Shown here in pieces: positions 27,051 through 30,783 of a DNA stretch of 30,783 nucleotides. This DNA comes from Simkaniaceae bacterium (GTDB lineage Bacteria; Chlamydiota; Chlamydiia; Chlamydiales; Simkaniaceae). The stretch covers positions 1 through 30,783 of the forward strand of contig JBFWSA010000027.1 of NCBI GenBank assembly GCA_050248615.1, given 5' to 3'. The notes below the pieces were generated by a model, which saw only the letters and a program-made list of their open reading frames with translations, did not search any database and was not told the origin of the DNA. The position numbers and the translations under genes were made by a program. Within the stretch, counting starts at the first letter, position 1; each line of letters starts with the position of its first letter.

Positions 27051-27608
27051 ATGACACGTGTCTCCCTTATTCCCACAAAGTCTCCTCCCTGGTATTTAAA
27101 ACTCCTCTTCTATTTTCAGAAAAAAAAGTATGGGCTCGTCTTTGAGCCTCTCCTTTTGTGGCAAAGAACGCCACGCGTTTTTTTAGGGTTTTTGTTTATG
27201 CAAAAAGCGTTAAACCGGAAGAAATCTCCTCTTCCGCCCGACTTACGCGCTTTAATCACCGTGAAAGTTTCAGAGATCAATCAATGCGCTTTTTGTATCG
27301 ACTTCAATGCCTCCCTCTTAATGGAGAGGGGTCGAGGAGTGGAAGTGGTTGAATCTTTGAAACATTACAGAGAAAGCCCCTTATTTTCTGAAAGGGAAAA
27401 AAAGGCCTTAGAATATGCAGAAGCCATGACCCTTGCTTCAGATAAAATTCCGGACACACTCTTTGAAGCCCTCCATAAGCATTATGATGCCGATGCGATT
27501 GTTGAGCTCACAGCCTTAATCGCTCTTCAAAACCTCTCTAGCAAATTTAATGCAGCACTCGATGCAAAAGCTTTTGGATTTTGTAAACCCCCCCCTAAAA
27601 ATTCATGA
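27051..27608 (+). CDS. Carboxymuconolactone decarboxylase / AhpD family protein
   Basis: LRALITVKVSEINQCAFCID, FSERE..ALEYAEAMT and IVELT. Confidence 0.9.
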   Translation: MTRVSLIPTKSPPWYLKLLFYFQKKKYGLVFEPLLLWQRTPRVFLGFLFMQKALNRKKSPLPPDLRALITVKVSEINQCAFCIDFNASLLMERGRGVEVVESLKHYRESPLFSEREKKALEYAEAMTLASDKIPDTLFEALHKHYDADAIVELTALIALQNLSSKFNAALDAKAFGFCKPPPKNS

Positions 27609-28777
27609 AGCAACATGCCTTTCTCTTTATCACCATCGTTCTTGTAGCTTGTTTAACCCAGTTCGCCTCAGATATTTACGCCCCATCGTTACCTGGAATT
27701 TCCATGACATTACATGCTGATATCAACTGGGTCCAGTGGAGCCTATCGATTTATATGGTAGGGGTTGCCTTATCTCAACTAATCTATGGCCCCCTTTCTG
27801 AAGGGATCGGACGCAAAATACCTATTCTCATTGGGCTATCCATTCTCCTCATAGGGAGTTTGATTTGTGTCTTTTCCTTCGCCATCAAAGGCCTTCTCAT
27901 TGGGCGACTTGTTCAAGGATGTGGTGCAGGAGCCGTTGCAGCCCTTTGGCGCTCTGTTTTCCGAGATGTTTTTGAGGGAGAAGAATTGGCTAAGTATAGC
28001 TCTTACTTGGTGGTTTTTATCCTGTTTATTATTCCTGCAGCCCCTGCATTGGGAGGCTTCTTAGAACACTATTTTGGATGGCGTGCGAGTTTTATTTTTA
28101 TGTTGGGATATACCCTAATCGCTCTGTTACTGATGATCTTCGGATTCAAAGAGACCAATATTCACTACCATAAAGAACGTCTTCAATTGCGCTACATAGG
28201 AAAAACGTTTCTAGTCCTTCTCAAAAGCCCTATTTTTATGGGAACCACTCTCTCCACTTTTTTCACGTATGGAGCTTTTTTCTCTTACTTTGTTGCAGGC
28301 CCCGTTGTTCTCATTACCCATGCGGGACTCACCCCTGTAGAGTTTGGATTGATCACCTTAATAGGAGGAGGGGTAGCGTATGCTTTATCAGGCTACTTAA
28401 ATGGTAAGTTAGTCACACGTTGGGGGATGCAAAAGCTGATGCGATTAGGATGGTGCATTAGTCTTGTTGCAGGAGTTTTTATGCTGATCACCTATTTCTT
28501 AACGGGAGTTCAAGCTTGGAGCATTATCGCCTCTGTGATTGCATTCTACTTTGGATCTACGTTTATCTGGCCTAATGCCTTTTCTATAGCTTTCACCCCC
28601 TTTGGCTCGATTGCGGGATATGCCGGAGCTCTCTATGGATCGATGCAGATTGGAGGAGCAGCAGTTTTGGGAAGCCTCGTTTCATTTCTACCCGACTCGA
28701 CCCAACTCCCTCTAGCAGGAACCTTTATTATTGGGCCAGGACTTGCTTGGCTCATTTATGAAAAATGGGTTAGATAG
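27605..28777 (+). CDS. Bcr/CflA family multidrug efflux MFS transporter
   Basis: DIYAPSLP, QLIYGPLSE..GRK, GRLVQG.G and APALGG; ATGA overlap with the upstream gene. Confidence 0.92.
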   Translation: MKQHAFLFITIVLVACLTQFASDIYAPSLPGISMTLHADINWVQWSLSIYMVGVALSQLIYGPLSEGIGRKIPILIGLSILLIGSLICVFSFAIKGLLIGRLVQGCGAGAVAALWRSVFRDVFEGEELAKYSSYLVVFILFIIPAAPALGGFLEHYFGWRASFIFMLGYTLIALLLMIFGFKETNIHYHKERLQLRYIGKTFLVLLKSPIFMGTTLSTFFTYGAFFSYFVAGPVVLITHAGLTPVEFGLITLIGGGVAYALSGYLNGKLVTRWGMQKLMRLGWCISLVAGVFMLITYFLTGVQAWSIIASVIAFYFGSTFIWPNAFSIAFTPFGSIAGYAGALYGSMQIGGAAVLGSLVSFLPDSTQLPLAGTFIIGPGLAWLIYEKWVR

Positions 28778-28838
28778 TGTCGTCAGGAGTTGCTCATAGG
28801 AGCCACTTCTTGAATACCCATCTCATGACGACACTATC
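28773..28838. repeat. 66-bp inverted-repeat element (MITE-like) containing the MFS stop codon
   Basis: GATAGTGTCGTCAgGAG ... CTCaTGACGACACTATC. Confidence 0.55.
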
Positions 28839-28950
28839 AGGGAATCCGTTTTCGACCTACACAAACTTTCCTAAGTTTACTCCGGCCTCCAAACAGATCC
28901 TCTAGAAAAAATCTCTCTTTTCAATGCTGAAAGCACTATTTAAACACCCT

Positions 28951-30201
28951 CTAAGAGCTCTTGTTAAGAAGGGTATCTAAAGTCTTTTGGGGATCGGTTG
29001 ACCCTGGATAGATCTCTCTTGGAGGGATGGGAACCTGAATGCCATTTTCTTGAAACGCCTTCCACGCTTTTAAAATAATCTCACTCCGGACATCACTAAT
29101 GCCATTTTCAGGATCAGAGATCCAGTAACGCAAAAGAAGATCTACCCCATTATCCATTAGAGAGCGAAAACGGATGGTGGGAGCGGGTTTAGGGGCAACC
29201 CTATTGGCACTGAGAGCAATCTCTTTGAGTAATTTTTCCACCAAATATAAATCAGAATGGATCGAGACTCTAAAAGCCGTTTCTACTCGGATTTGCGTAT
29301 CAGAATAGGACCAGTTCTCAAGTTTACTCGAAATAATCTCCTGATTGGGAATTAAGTGTTCCTTCCCCTCCCTTGTGCGTAAGGAAACATAACGAGCATG
29401 GAGCTTATTCACCACTCCATAAATCTGCCCATTATTAATACTGATCACATCACCCGGTTTGATAGAACGATCGACCAAAAGGATAAAACCGCTAAAGAAA
29501 TTGGATAGGATATTTTGGAGACTAAACGCGATACCGACTCCTAACGCCCCCGCAAAGAACGAGAGAACGGAGAGATCGATTCCAAAAAGAGAGAGTCCAA
29601 TAAATACAGAAAAACTTAACAAAAAGGTCTTAACAGTCTTCGAAAGAATGAGTTTAGCCGAAATCGCCAGCTGCTTCTGCTTTTGCAATCGACGATCTAA
29701 GTAATTTGCAAAAGCCAGAGCTGCACTGATCAAAATTGTGGTCGCTCCTATCGCCTTTAAGATCCCTAATAGGTTAAGGGTTGTTGAACCAATCCGTATT
29801 GATGTCCCACTGAGATAAGCAAAAACCGGTTGTAATAAACCGGTGATATACAAGAGAAAAAAGCTCCAAATAAAAAAAGAGACAAAGATCTTGAGCACAG
29901 AGTTTTTCAAGAGTGTATTGAGCATTAGAGCGACTAAGATCAGAAGGGTAAACTGGATTAATGAAGAGGAGAGCTCGAAACCAAAGGAAAAGATGGGAAG
30001 CATCACCAGCTGGATCATAAAAGTCATCAAGTAAAAAAAGAAACTGGAGTGGGACGTCATATTGATCGTCTTAAAATGGAGGATAGCTTTTTTGTGAACA
30101 TGAGAAGAGAGCCATTTCCCAAAAAGAAAGGATAATCCTATAGAAAATAATTCAAATACAGACCCTAAGCTGTAGATCGAGGAAAACTTCGAGAAATCCA
30201 T
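28951..30201 (-). CDS. MscS family mechanosensitive ion channel
   Basis: GALGVGIAFSLQNILSNFFSGFILL.DR.IKPGD, IPN, NWS and GIQVP.P.RE. Confidence 0.93.
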   Translation of the reverse strand: MDFSKFSSIYSLGSVFELFSIGLSFLFGKWLSSHVHKKAILHFKTINMTSHSSFFFYLMTFMIQLVMLPIFSFGFELSSSLIQFTLLILVALMLNTLLKNSVLKIFVSFFIWSFFLLYITGLLQPVFAYLSGTSIRIGSTTLNLLGILKAIGATTILISAALAFANYLDRRLQKQKQLAISAKLILSKTVKTFLLSFSVFIGLSLFGIDLSVLSFFAGALGVGIAFSLQNILSNFFSGFILLVDRSIKPGDVISINNGQIYGVVNKLHARYVSLRTREGKEHLIPNQEIISSKLENWSYSDTQIRVETAFRVSIHSDLYLVEKLLKEIALSANRVAPKPAPTIRFRSLMDNGVDLLLRYWISDPENGISDVRSEIILKAWKAFQENGIQVPIPPREIYPGSTDPQKTLDTLLNKSS

Positions 30202-30373
30202 CTCTTTATCCTGTTGTATGGATTCTCCATAGCATACATAAGGGTCCCTATTTTTTAAAACCCCCTTGAGACGGGGGTTTAAATAATAAACAAAATTTTA
30301 AAATAATATGTGTTGTTTAAATAAAACCTATTCATTGTTATTATCTTCGCATCAATAAATAAGGGTCATTAAA

Positions 30374-30783
30374 ATGGTAGAAGCTGTAGATGCAAACGAT
30401 ATAATCAATGAAATCCTAGAGATCAACTGGGATGAGCCCGTCAAATGCAATGAATCTTCGATTCAAAGCAAAGTGGCAAGAGTTTTCAACGCAACGCAAA
30501 AAGCAACATTTCCTTCGATCAAAATCGATGATGACTCCTTTTATGAAGAAATTCAAAAAGCCGTTTACGACCCTCACCTCGCCAAACTGATTTTCGCTAA
30601 ACTTCAGGAACAAGGACTCGACACCTACGAAAAATACCTGGGAAGAGGAGCCTTTGGAAAGGTTTTTCAATTGGAGGGAACCCGCACTTTTGAGGGGAAA
30701 AAACTTGCCCTCAAACTTCTCCCTTATTACTCCGATAATGATTACTACTCCTACTGGTCAACAAGCAATAAGATCACCGAAAG
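30374..30783 (+). CDS. Ser/Thr protein kinase (Hanks type), runs off the window end
   Basis: Not in the ORF track because there is no stop. Manual translation MVEAVDAN...YLGRGAFGKVFQ...KKLALKLL shows the Gly-rich loop and catalytic Lys. Confidence 0.82.
   Translation, partial: MVEAVDANDIINEILEINWDEPVKCNESSIQSKVARVFNATQKATFPSIKIDDDSFYEEIQKAVYDPHLAKLIFAKLQEQGLDTYEKYLGRGAFGKVFQLEGTRTFEGKKLALKLLPYYSDNDYYSYWSTSNKITE

Noticed and set aside
30416..30670. 84-aa minus-strand ORF
   Set aside because: Antisense to the kinase reading frame, which carries clear motifs.

Overview
AT-rich bacterial window, mostly accessory genes. The gene content and style suggest an environmental Chlamydiae (Simkania/Rhabdochlamydia-like), but this is inference only. 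From left to right: (1) a low-GC, defence-island-like cassette with a type I restriction R-subunit C-terminal remnant, a 2-TM hypothetical, a TM0106-family PD-(D/E)xK + DEDD nuclease and a TM2 protein; (2) GntR-DUF2000, a frameshifted ~600-aa hypothetical, PadR-SRPBCC and an HI0933 flavoprotein; (3) a TetR-hemerythrin-class D beta-lactamase-ZIP-(phnA remnant) operon divergent from a TipA-like MerR regulator; (4) two beta-carbonic anhydrases around a KynB-like cyclase, followed by a deleted second MerR copy; (5) a DEAD helicase, Cdd1/HhH and GyrI-like genes, and a large exported protein with a cryptic PLP-enzyme-like C-terminus; (6) cyoABCD-cyoE split by an unannotated antisense Cys-rich mini-lipoprotein; (7) an exported PhyH dioxygenase and DUF268 protein, AhpD-Bcr/CflA, MscS and the start of a Ser/Thr kinase. 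Several short TA-ended palindromic MITE-like elements are present. No rRNA, tRNA, CRISPR array or transposase was seen. All family calls come from motif recognition; no database searches were run.
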